Source: Candidatus Iainarchaeum sp. (GTDB lineage Archaea; Iainarchaeota; Iainarchaeia; Iainarchaeales; CSSED10-239). From it: 14,124 bases of DNA. Every line of letters starts with the position of its first letter. Positions within the stretch are counted from its first letter, which is position 1. Below the pieces are notes generated by a model that was given only the letters and a program-made list of their open reading frames with translations, was not told the DNA's origin and did no database searches. The stretch is from contig JAQVRT010000015.1 of the NCBI GenBank assembly GCA_028700905.1, positions 1 to 14,124 of the forward strand, in the 5' to 3' direction. Below are positions 6,594 through 14,124 of this stretch, piece after piece. The position numbers and the translations under genes were made by a program.

Positions 6594-8741
6594 CTAAACA
6601 GAAAGAAGATTCTTTAAAAGATCTCTTTCTTGTTTATAAATTGTATCTTTATATTCTAATTGTTCTTTATTAATAATTACTCCATTGATATTTGAATCAA
6701 TATATGTTTTAATATTTGAAATTGTATTTTTAGAATTAATTTCTGCAATTCTCATAATTTTATTTTCTTTACATATTTTAATAACTTCTTTTACTTTTAC
6801 AAAATCAATTTCTTCTAAATTAAAGGTTATATTTTCTATACCTCTTGAAATATATTCTGAAATTATATTTTCTTTAATATTTTCAACTAATACTCCTATC
6901 TTAGACTCTGTATTTTCTTTAACAGGAATTATTTCATCTGCAGATTTAATATTTTCAAGTAATATATTTATTCTACTTTTAAGTTCCATAATAGCTTCAA
7001 TTTCATAACTTGATACATTTTCAGTAATTAGGTTTTGTTTATGAGTATTTACTTTATAGAAAATTTCTTTTCCTTCAAATATTTTAGTAATTTCTAAAAG
7101 TTTATTTTTAATAGTTGGAACTAGTATATTAATATTTTCAAGCATACTTCCTTTTTCATAATTTGTAAATAAAGAATCTATATTTAAAACAATTCCATCA
7201 ATATCAGGTAAATTAATATTTTTTACTTCGTCTAGATTATTTATTTTAACAAATATTTTTGTAATTGTCTTTGGATATTCTGGATCTTTATTTTGAGCTT
7301 TTTCAATAGATACTTCATTTTCTCTTTTTGTTTCAGTGACTTTTGTAATTGGTGGGGCAACATACCCTATAACACTATACACTTTACCATTAAATCCATT
7401 TACAAGAACTGCTTGACCATCTCTTAAAATTTCTGTAGACCTTTCAGTGTGTACAACACAAGGCACATCATATTTTTTTGCAATTAATGCTGCATGACAG
7501 ATTGTACTTCCTGCATCTGTTACAATTCCTTTTGCTTTCCTTAATGTTTGTGACATTTCAAGAGTTGTCATTTTAGTTACAAAAATAGTGTTTTCATTAA
7601 CTCTTAAAAGATCTTCTTTATTATTAACTATTTTTACAATTCCTATTGAAAGTCCGTTTGAAACTCCAATTCCTTCTAAAAGTAAATTTTTTTTATAACT
7701 GTCAAGTTTCTCTTGATAAGTTGTAATATCTATTTTTTTCTTTTTCTTAATTTTTTTAAGATTAGGATCAATTGGGTTTACACTAACAATTAGAAATTCT
7801 TCATTTTCATCCATTACCCAATTAACTTCAAGAGAAGTTCCATAAATCATTTCAAGTTTATTTCCTATGTTTGCAAGTTCATTTAAATCTCTTTGATTTA
7901 ATTTTTGTTTATCATCATCTTTAACATCTACATTTGTTTTTGTTGTTTTTCCAACAATTCTTTTAAGCATCCATTCTTGATTTGATTTTGTTTTTTTAAT
8001 TGTAGTTAATGTTTTTTTATTAATTTCATAATGATCAGGAGTAACTTCTGTAATTAAACTTTTTCCTCCAAAACCATGTATTGCTTCAATTACAATTGTA
8101 TCTTTTGAATCATTTTTAGAAGTTTGCATTATTCCTGATTTTTTGCCAGGTATCATTTTTTGAATAATTATTGAAAGATGTATTTTATTTTCTTCAAAAC
8201 CTTTCTTAAACTTATATTCTAAGATTTCAGGAGAATAAAGATCTGCCCAACATTCTTTAATGCTGTTTAATACTTCTTCTCTTCCTTTAATATTTAAAAA
8301 ACCTGTATGTCTTTCTATTGGGTCAAGTTCTTTTAAAGGATATTCTTCTGAAGATACTGATGCTCTTATAGCAGTATATTCATCTACTTTAGTATTCATA
8401 AATCCAACTTTTGATTCTCCAAGCTTTGTATACATTTTTAAGACATCAGATATAAAATCTTCATCAAATTTTTGTTTTAAAAAAAGTGTTCTTATTTCAT
8501 TTGATTTATTTTCAATATCTTCTTTGTTGTTATAATCAATAGTTTTTAAGATTTCATTTATTTTTTCTTTTAAGTTATTTTTTTGTACAAAATTAAAGAA
8601 ATTTTTATAGTTTATAACAAACCCTCTTGGAAGAGGAATGTTTGCTTTTGAAATCTCTGATAAAATATGTGCTTTATATCCTACTTCTAGGACTTCGTGA
8701 TCTGAAATTTCTTTAAGCCATTTTATGTTTGTCTCAAGCAT
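6594..8741 (-). CDS. PEP-utilising enzyme family protein (PEP synthase / pyruvate,water dikinase-like) with a divergent C-terminal domain
   Basis: 715 aa. The N-terminal PPDK_N/ATP-grasp-like region is divergent: VGYKAHILSE, AIRASVSSEEYP, IIQKMIPGKKSGIMQT, VIEAIHGFGG, LEVNWVMDE...VSVNPI. The central swivel domain is clear: GIVTDAGSTICHAALIAKKYDVPCVV, with the His codon at about 7494-7496. The C-terminal 240 aa or so only loosely resemble the PEP/pyruvate-binding barrel. Confidence 0.8.
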   Translation of the reverse strand: MLETNIKWLKEISDHEVLEVGYKAHILSEISKANIPLPRGFVINYKNFFNFVQKNNLKEKINEILKTIDYNNKEDIENKSNEIRTLFLKQKFDEDFISDVLKMYTKLGESKVGFMNTKVDEYTAIRASVSSEEYPLKELDPIERHTGFLNIKGREEVLNSIKECWADLYSPEILEYKFKKGFEENKIHLSIIIQKMIPGKKSGIMQTSKNDSKDTIVIEAIHGFGGKSLITEVTPDHYEINKKTLTTIKKTKSNQEWMLKRIVGKTTKTNVDVKDDDKQKLNQRDLNELANIGNKLEMIYGTSLEVNWVMDENEEFLIVSVNPIDPNLKKIKKKKKIDITTYQEKLDSYKKNLLLEGIGVSNGLSIGIVKIVNNKEDLLRVNENTIFVTKMTTLEMSQTLRKAKGIVTDAGSTICHAALIAKKYDVPCVVHTERSTEILRDGQAVLVNGFNGKVYSVIGYVAPPITKVTETKRENEVSIEKAQNKDPEYPKTITKIFVKINNLDEVKNINLPDIDGIVLNIDSLFTNYEKGSMLENINILVPTIKNKLLEITKIFEGKEIFYKVNTHKQNLITENVSSYEIEAIMELKSRINILLENIKSADEIIPVKENTESKIGVLVENIKENIISEYISRGIENITFNLEEIDFVKVKEVIKICKENKIMRIAEINSKNTISNIKTYIDSNINGVIINKEQLEYKDTIYKQERDLLKNLLSV

Positions 8742-8853
8742 ATTTTATCTTTCTTTATAAGTTAATTAATAATTGTAATATAATATTTTATATAGCTATT
8801 TTAATAGTAGATAGAAAACTATTTATTTGTTTTTCTTATTTTTTGGTTTTTTT

Positions 8854-8874
8854 CTCGGCCAGCTACCCCCTACC
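8854..8874. other. Isolated GC-rich 21-mer CTCGGCCAGCTACCCCCTACC bracketed by the 7-bp inverted repeat TTTTGGT / ACCAAAA; function unknown
   Basis: Read directly. 14 of the 21 bases are G or C, within an otherwise AT-rich divergent intergenic region. The inverted-repeat arms are at 8841-8847 and 8872-8878. Confidence 0.3.
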
Positions 8875-8940
8875 AAAACACATATATTCTTTAAATTCCT
8901 TAATATAATTGTTTATAATAAATTAAAATGTGATTAAGAT

Positions 8941-10023
8941 ATGAAGAAAGAAAAGATTATGGATAATGAAGAAAATAATGATTTTGTAAATGAAACTATA
9001 GATGATTCTATAGATTCAGAAGATTTAGAAGAGTTTGAAACAGAAAAGCTCTCTTCTAAAGATGCTGATCCTATTAAAGATAAGATTAAGCCAAAGGATA
9101 TTCTTGATCTTCCAGGAATTGGTCCTACTTCTGCTGAAAAACTTAAAGCTGCTGGTTTTGATACTTATGAAGCAATAGCTGTAGCTTCTCCAATGGAACT
9201 TGTTGCAATTGCAGGTTTAGGAGAAGGAACTGCAATTAAGTGTATTAAAGCAGCAAGAGATTCTCTTGAAATGGGCTTTGAGAGTGCTGACATTCTTTTA
9301 GAAAAAAGAAAAATGATTGATAAAATAACAACTGGTTCTGCAAGTCTTGATGAACTTCTTGCAGGTGGTATTGAAAGTCAATCAATTACAGAGGTTTATG
9401 GTATGTTTGCTTCTGGTAAATCTCAATGGTGTTTTCAATTATGTGTAACAACTCAACTTCCTAAAGACAAGGGTGGTCTTGAGGGTGCTGTTCTTTATAT
9501 TGATACTGAAAATTCATTTAGACCAGAAAGAGTAAGTCAGATGGCAATTGCAAAAGGTCTTGATCCTGATGAAGTTATGAAAAACATTTTTGTTGCTAGA
9601 GCTTATAATAGTGATCATCAAATGCTTTTAGCAGAAAAAGCTGTTGATTTAATTAAAGAAAAGAATATTAAGCTTTTAATTGTTGACTCTCTTACAAGTC
9701 AGTTTAGATCTGAGTTTACTGGTAGAGGTCAACTTTCTGATAGACAACAAAAATTAAATAAACATATGAGACTTTTACAAAAGGTTGCAGAACTTTATAA
9801 TGTTGCTGTATTTGTTACAAACCAAGTAATGTCAAGACCAGATGTTTTGTTTGGTGATCCAACTGACGCTATTGGTGGAAATGTTGTAAAACACGCTTCC
9901 AAGACAAGACTATACTTAAGAAAAAGTTCTGGTTCAAAAAGAATTGCAAAGCTTGTTGATTCTCCTGCACTTCCTGATGGTGAAGTTGCATATAATGTTA
10001 CAGAAAAAGGAATTGAAGATTAA
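8941..10023 (+). CDS. radA: DNA repair and recombination protein RadA (archaeal RecA/Rad51 homologue)
   Basis: 360 aa. HhH region [28 protein letters not shown]. Walker [10 protein letters not shown]. Other conserved segments seen: [24 protein letters not shown], Walker [28 protein letters not shown], and [27 protein letters not shown]. An acidic leader of about 50 aa precedes the HhH domain, and the ATG at 8959 is an alternative start. Confidence 0.95.
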   Translation: MKKEKIMDNEENNDFVNETIDDSIDSEDLEEFETEKLSSKDADPIKDKIKPKDILDLPGIGPTSAEKLKAAGFDTYEAIAVASPMELVAIAGLGEGTAIKCIKAARDSLEMGFESADILLEKRKMIDKITTGSASLDELLAGGIESQSITEVYGMFASGKSQWCFQLCVTTQLPKDKGGLEGAVLYIDTENSFRPERVSQMAIAKGLDPDEVMKNIFVARAYNSDHQMLLAEKAVDLIKEKNIKLLIVDSLTSQFRSEFTGRGQLSDRQQKLNKHMRLLQKVAELYNVAVFVTNQVMSRPDVLFGDPTDAIGGNVVKHASKTRLYLRKSSGSKRIAKLVDSPALPDGEVAYNVTEKGIED

Positions 10024-10024
10024 A

Positions 10025-10060
10025 TTCTTCTTTTTCTTTCCTTCTTCTTTCTGTTTTTTT
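10025..10060 (+). terminator. 36-nt polypyrimidine tract ending in T7; candidate radA terminator
   Basis: TTCTTCTTTTTCTTTCCTTCTTCTTTCTGTTTTTTT begins 2 nt after the radA stop and contains a single purine. The T7 run is at 10054-10060. Archaeal termination typically uses oligo-T. Confidence 0.4.
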
Positions 10061-10067
10061 AAATAAT

Positions 10068-10244
10068 TTATTTCATTTTGTAAACTAAAAAATAAATTAT
10101 TGCTGTAAGTATACTAAAAAATATTGCACAAATAGTCCAAATAACTTTTTTAACTGTTGAAAGGTTTTTATTTTTAGTAAACACATCATATATTACCCAT
10201 ATGGCTGCTGCTAAACCAACTAATCAAAAAATTATAGTAAGCAT
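10068..10244 (-). pseudogene. Small two-TM membrane protein, PLDc_N-like (cardiolipin-synthase N-terminal domain family), with an in-frame TGA at codon 7
   Basis: Not in the ORF track. My translation is MLTIIF*LVGLAAAIWVIYDVFTKNKNLSTVKKVIWTICAIFFSILTAIIYFLVYKMK*. GGAG (10254-10257 on the plus strand) lies 9 nt upstream of the ATG at 10244-10242. The W-x-I-x-D...K-x-x-W...I-x-Y pattern matches this small-protein family as I recall it. The TGA is at 10224-10226. Confidence 0.45.
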
Positions 10245-10385
10245 TTTTATCTTCTCCTTTTTTTTAATTTAAAAAATATTTATAAATTATTTTTTGTATG
10301 TTTGTAAATAAATACCTTACCTTTTTAAATTCTTTTATATATTAAATATATAGATGAATTATATTTCATTTATGTGTGATAATAT

Positions 10386-11156
10386 ATGACTAAAAATTTA
10401 ATTTCTATAAAAAATTTATCAGTTTCTGTTGAAGAGAAACAAATTTTAAACAATTTCAACTTAGATGTAAAAAATCAAGAGATCCACGCGATTATGGGAC
10501 CAAATGGTTCTGGAAAGTCAACTCTTGCATACTCTATTATGGGGCATCCTAAGTATAAAATTTCTTCTGGGAAAATAAAATTTTTTGAAAAAGATCTTTT
10601 AAAATTATCTGTTGATAAGAGAGCAAGAGAGGGAATATTTTTATCTTTTCAATCTCCTTTAGAGATTCAAGGTCTTAATTATTTTTCTTTTTTAAAAAAT
10701 TCTTTTTCATCAACTCATCAAGAAAGAATTTCTCCATTAAAATTTAATACTTTAGTAAAGGAAAGAATTTCTCTTTTAAACATGCCAGAAAACTTTTTAT
10801 CTAGAGATTTAAATGTTGGTTTTTCTGGTGGAGAGAAAAAACGTGCTGAAATTTTACAACTTAATTTATTAAATCCTAAACTTGCAATTTTAGATGAAAC
10901 TGATTCTGGTCTTGATATTGATTCTTTAAAGCTTGTTTGTAATTCTATAAATAATTTAAAAAAAGAAAATAAAGAATTTTCTGCAATTGTAATTACCCAC
11001 TATAAAAAAATACTTGATTTTTTAAAACCAGATTTTGTACATGTCATGTATGAAGGAAAAATAATTAAAAGTGGAGATAGTTCTTTTGCAAACTATATTG
11101 AAAAAAATGGTTTTACAAAAATAATTGAAGACTATAAAAAAAGTCTAAATAGATAA
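10386..11156 (+). CDS. sufC: Fe-S cluster assembly ATPase SufC
   Basis: 256 aa. Walker A GPNGSGKST, ABC signature FSGGEKKR, Walker B AILDETDSGLDID, H-loop ITHY, and the SufC-typical HPKY segment. It directly precedes sufB. Confidence 0.93.
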   Translation: MTKNLISIKNLSVSVEEKQILNNFNLDVKNQEIHAIMGPNGSGKSTLAYSIMGHPKYKISSGKIKFFEKDLLKLSVDKRAREGIFLSFQSPLEIQGLNYFSFLKNSFSSTHQERISPLKFNTLVKERISLLNMPENFLSRDLNVGFSGGEKKRAEILQLNLLNPKLAILDETDSGLDIDSLKLVCNSINNLKKENKEFSAIVITHYKKILDFLKPDFVHVMYEGKIIKSGDSSFANYIEKNGFTKIIEDYKKSLNR

Positions 11157-11159
11157 ATT

Positions 11160-12605
11160 ATGAATAGAAATAAAATAGATGGAAGAGTTAAAGATTCTTC
11201 TTTAAAAAAAGCTAAAAAAGCTACAAAAATAAAAAAATATGATTTTTCATATTCTACAAAAGATTATAAAATTAAGTTTGATAAAGGGTTAAATGAAAAA
11301 GTTATTAAAAATATTTCAAAAATAAAAAAAGAACCTAAATGGATGCTTGATTTTAGATTAAAAGCTTATAAAACATTTATAAAACAAAAATTGCCTTCTT
11401 GGGGAATAATGCCACTTGAAGAAATTGATTTCAAAAATATAACTTATTTTGCATCTGTTGGTGATTCTGAAAAAACAAATTGGAAAGATGTTCCAAAAGA
11501 TGTTAAAAAAACTTTTGATAGAATAGGGGTTCCAAAAGCTGAAAGAGATTTTCTTGCAGGTGTAGGTGCACAATATGATTCTGAAGTAATTTATCATAAA
11601 ACCAAAAAAGAATTTGAAGAAAAAGGTGTTGTTTTTTTATCCATGGATGAAGGATTAAAAAAATATCCTGAACTTGTAAAAAAATATTTTGGTTCTGTAA
11701 TTCCAATTGACGATAATAAATTTGCGTCTCTTAATTCTGCGGTTTGGTCAGGAGGTTCTTTTGTTTATGTCCCTAAAGGTGTAAAAGTTGATACTCCTCT
11801 TCAAGCATATTTTAGAATAAATTCTTCAAATATGGGACAATTTGAAAGAACTTTAATAATTGCAGATGAAGGTAGTAAAATCCATTATGTCGAAGGATGT
11901 ACAGCTCCAAGATTTTCAACACAGTCATTGCATGCAGCAGTTGTTGAAGTTATTGCTTTAGAAGGTGCTAGTATAAGGTATACCACAATTCAAAATTGGG
12001 CAAATAATATTTATAATTTAGTTACAAAAAGAGCTTTTGCTTATAAAAATGCAAGTGTTGAATGGGTAGATGGTAATTTAGGTTCAAGATTAACCATGAA
12101 ATATCCTGCAATTTATCTAAAAGGAGATAATTCTAGAGGAGAAGTATTATCTATTGCAATTGCTTCAAAAAATCAAAAACAAGATGCAGGTGCAAAAATT
12201 GTTCATCAAGCAAATAATACCACCGGAACAATTGTTTCAAAATCAATTTCAAAAGATGGTGGTGAATCTGCATATAGAGGGCTTGTAAGAATAGATAAGG
12301 GTCTTAAGAATGTAAAATCTAATGTTAGATGTGATGCAATTTTAATTGATTCAATAAGTAAGACTGACACTTATCCTGTAATATTTGTAAATGAACCTAC
12401 AGCTGAAGTTTCTCATGAAGCAACTGTTGGAAGAATAGGTGAAGAACAATTATTTTATTTAATGTCAAGAGGTATTGATGAATCTAAAGCAATTACTTTA
12501 ATTATTTTAGGTTTTATAAGTGAATTTTCAAAACAAATTCCTTTAGAGTATGCAGTAGAACTTAATAGATTAATTGAAATGGAGTTTGAAAATTCTGTAG
12601 GATAG
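11160..12605 (+). CDS. sufB: Fe-S cluster assembly scaffold protein SufB
   Basis: 481 aa. Conserved stretches: FASLNSAVWSGGSFVYVPKGVKV, FERTLIIADEGSKIHYVEGCTAP, NWANNIYNLVTKRA, and HEATVGRIGEEQLFYLMSRGI. Starts 3 nt after the sufC stop. Confidence 0.93.
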   Translation: MNRNKIDGRVKDSSLKKAKKATKIKKYDFSYSTKDYKIKFDKGLNEKVIKNISKIKKEPKWMLDFRLKAYKTFIKQKLPSWGIMPLEEIDFKNITYFASVGDSEKTNWKDVPKDVKKTFDRIGVPKAERDFLAGVGAQYDSEVIYHKTKKEFEEKGVVFLSMDEGLKKYPELVKKYFGSVIPIDDNKFASLNSAVWSGGSFVYVPKGVKVDTPLQAYFRINSSNMGQFERTLIIADEGSKIHYVEGCTAPRFSTQSLHAAVVEVIALEGASIRYTTIQNWANNIYNLVTKRAFAYKNASVEWVDGNLGSRLTMKYPAIYLKGDNSRGEVLSIAIASKNQKQDAGAKIVHQANNTTGTIVSKSISKDGGESAYRGLVRIDKGLKNVKSNVRCDAILIDSISKTDTYPVIFVNEPTAEVSHEATVGRIGEEQLFYLMSRGIDESKAITLIILGFISEFSKQIPLEYAVELNRLIEMEFENSVG

Positions 12606-12611
12606 GTTTAT

Positions 12612-13487
12612 ATGTTTATAAAAATTAATTTAAATAATTATAAATTAAAAGAAGTTTCTAAAAGTATTTTAAATACTTTAAATAAACTTAATCTTTCTAA
12701 TTATAGTGAAATCTATTTAATAGATGATTCTATTAAAGATTTTTCAAGTTTTAATATTTCTTCAGTTAAAAATAATTCTTTAATCATTTTTAATAAAATA
12801 TCTAATAAAAGTTTATTTGAAGTTTCTGATTTTAAAAATTTAAAACAGAAAAACATTATTTATTATTTTCAAAACACTAAATCCTTAAATTTCATAAGAG
12901 ACTTTAAAGTTAATGATTTTATTTATAATAATAATTTTATTTTAGATAGATCCACCATCTATATTTCAAATCTTTATTTTGATTTAAATAATTTAAAATA
13001 TAATCAAGATTCTTTTTTAAAAAAAGATTCTCAATTAAATCAGAATGATGTTTTACTTTTATCTAAATCTCAAAAAGCTTATATTAACATAAGAAATAAT
13101 CATCTTTATAGAGAAACCATCTCAAATACAACTATTAAAAATGTTTTAAAAAACAAATCTTTTTCAAGATATGATGGTATGATAAATATTTTAAAGTCTG
13201 GAGATTTTTCAAAAGCATATCTTGAAACTAATAGTATGCTTCTTTCAGATATCTCTAGGTCTATTAGTGTGCCTATGCTTGAAATAGTTCCAAAAAATGT
13301 AAAAGCAACTCATGCTGCAACAGTTGAACATGTAACTGAAGAACAATTATTTTATTTATCTTCAAGATCTTTATCTAAAAAGAATGCTTATAATTTAATG
13401 GTTTCTTCTTTTTTAAAAGCAAACATTTCTTTTTATCCTGAAAAGATAATTAGTTTTATTGAGAAAAAAATAAAAGATAAATTATGA
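12612..13487 (+). CDS. sufD: SufD-like Fe-S assembly protein, short and highly divergent
   Basis: 291 aa. Only the C-terminal third shows SufB/D signatures: YDGMINI, AYLETNSMLLSD, and ATHAATVEHVTEEQLFYLSSRSL. The N-terminal 170 aa or so are N/K/S/I-rich low complexity. Its position after sufB supports the call. The TGA stop overlaps the next start in ATGA. Confidence 0.7.
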   Translation: MFIKINLNNYKLKEVSKSILNTLNKLNLSNYSEIYLIDDSIKDFSSFNISSVKNNSLIIFNKISNKSLFEVSDFKNLKQKNIIYYFQNTKSLNFIRDFKVNDFIYNNNFILDRSTIYISNLYFDLNNLKYNQDSFLKKDSQLNQNDVLLLSKSQKAYINIRNNHLYRETISNTTIKNVLKNKSFSRYDGMINILKSGDFSKAYLETNSMLLSDISRSISVPMLEIVPKNVKATHAATVEHVTEEQLFYLSSRSLSKKNAYNLMVSSFLKANISFYPEKIISFIEKKIKDKL

Positions 13488-13903
13488 GTGATGATTATAT
13501 CCCAAGTCAAATAATCTTAGATTATTATTCTAATCCTGTAAATTATGGTGTGATAAAATCTTTTGATATTAAAATAGAAGGTAATAATTCTGGATGTAGT
13601 GATAAAGTTACAATTTATGTTAAATTTTCAAAAGATAAAAAAATAATTAAAAATATTTCATTTGTTCATTCAGGGTGTGTAATCTCAAAAGCAGGTGGAT
13701 GTATTGCAACTGAGCTTTCTTTAAATAAAAAAATAGAAGATGTTATTAACTTAAAACCTGAATCAATTATTGAAAATTTAGATGGTGTTTTACAAACAAG
13801 AGTAAGATGTGCTTATTTAACTTTAAATCTTTTAAAAGTTGCTTTAAAACAATTTATTTCTGAAAAACCAAAAACTCCTGTTAATTTTTCTTTAACTATT
13901 TAA
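13484..13903 (+). CDS. NifU/IscU/SufU-family Fe-S cluster scaffold or sulfur-acceptor protein
   Basis: 139 aa. Three conserved Cys contexts: NSGCSDKV (Cys38/Asp40), HSGCVISKAGG (Cys65), and TRVRCAYLTLNLL (Cys109). There is no LPPVK motif. The start is translationally coupled to sufD. Confidence 0.8.
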   Translation: MSDDYIPSQIILDYYSNPVNYGVIKSFDIKIEGNNSGCSDKVTIYVKFSKDKKIIKNISFVHSGCVISKAGGCIATELSLNKKIEDVINLKPESIIENLDGVLQTRVRCAYLTLNLLKVALKQFISEKPKTPVNFSLTI

Positions 13904-13906
13904 TTA

Positions 13907-14124
13907 TTATTTCCTCTTTAAACTAAGGTTTTCTGCATATTTAAACTTTCCAAAGTTTTTTCCAAGTTTTTCATTTTTTGATTTATCTCTATAATGAATA
14001 ACTCTCTCTTCTCTTTGTTCAATAGTTTCTGTAGATATTATGCCAGGTCCTCCCACACACCCTCCAGTACAGACAAGCATGTCAAGAAATCTTACTTTTT
14101 TATTTTCTCTAAATTTCATAATGG
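13907..14124 (-). CDS. C-terminal end of a [FeFe]-hydrogenase-like (Fe-only hydrogenase large-subunit C-domain / Nar1-like) protein; 5' part lies outside the window
   Basis: VRFLDMLVCTGGCVGGPGII resembles the H-cluster L3 motif M-x-C-x-G-G-C-x-x-G-G. The reading frame stays open from the listed Met (14119) to the window edge, so that Met is probably internal. The assignment rests on one motif only. Confidence 0.55.
   Translation of the reverse strand, partial: IMKFRENKKVRFLDMLVCTGGCVGGPGIISTETIEQREERVIHYRDKSKNEKLGKNFGKFKYAENLSLKRK

Noticed and set aside
10224-10226. Selenocysteine insertion at the in-frame TGA of the small membrane ORF.
   Set aside because: The codon sits in a hydrophobic helix with no redox context, and I see no SECIS-like stem-loop nearby. 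Nothing else in the window suggests selenoprotein machinery.
12440-12461. A 22-nt exact DNA repeat, TGAAGAACAATTATTTTATTTA, shared between sufB (12440-12461) and sufD (13337-13358).
   Set aside because: It encodes the conserved EEQLFYL motif of the SufB/SufD paralogues. With extreme AT codon bias, each residue uses the same codon, so identity follows from paralogy plus bias and not from a mobile or regulatory repeat.
1-14124. Possibility that the organism uses an alternative genetic code (TGA or TAA as sense), prompted by the in-frame TGA at 10224-10226 and the in-frame TAA at 6455-6457.
   Set aside because: All long conserved genes (radA, sufB, sufC, the desulfurase, mre11, the ppsA-like gene) are uninterrupted under the standard code. 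TGA ends the ArsR and sufD genes in classic ATGA start/stop overlaps. TAA is the commonest stop in the window. The two interrupted small ORFs are better explained locally.

Overview
This is a strongly AT-rich, tightly packed window that looks archaeal. It has RadA with an N-terminal HhH domain, Mre11, a tRNA without encoded CCA, TATA-like promoters, and many start/stop overlaps. The style fits a small DPANN-like genome, but that placement is inference. The left edge carries porG-porD of a pyruvate/2-oxoacid:ferredoxin oxidoreductase on the minus strand, then an orphan 109-aa ORF. Next is a five-gene minus-strand operon built around cysteine chemistry: an ArsR regulator, a NifS/IscS-type cysteine desulfurase, a DUF1858 CxxC protein, a secreted CPYC redoxin, and a redoxin-fused CcdA/DsbD-like membrane protein. 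It is followed by mre11, tRNA-Cys(GCA), a decayed small ORF, a PEP-synthase-like enzyme with a degenerate-looking C-terminal domain, and radA. After radA come a small PLDc_N-like membrane ORF interrupted by an in-frame TGA, a sufC-sufB-sufD operon ending in an IscU/SufU-like gene, and the C-terminal end of a [FeFe]-hydrogenase-like gene running off the right edge. I saw no CRISPR array, rRNA, transposase or integrase. The best candidate for something undescribed is the cysteine desulfurase / exported thiol-redox operon at 1300-4855. All family assignments rest on motifs read by eye, not on database searches.
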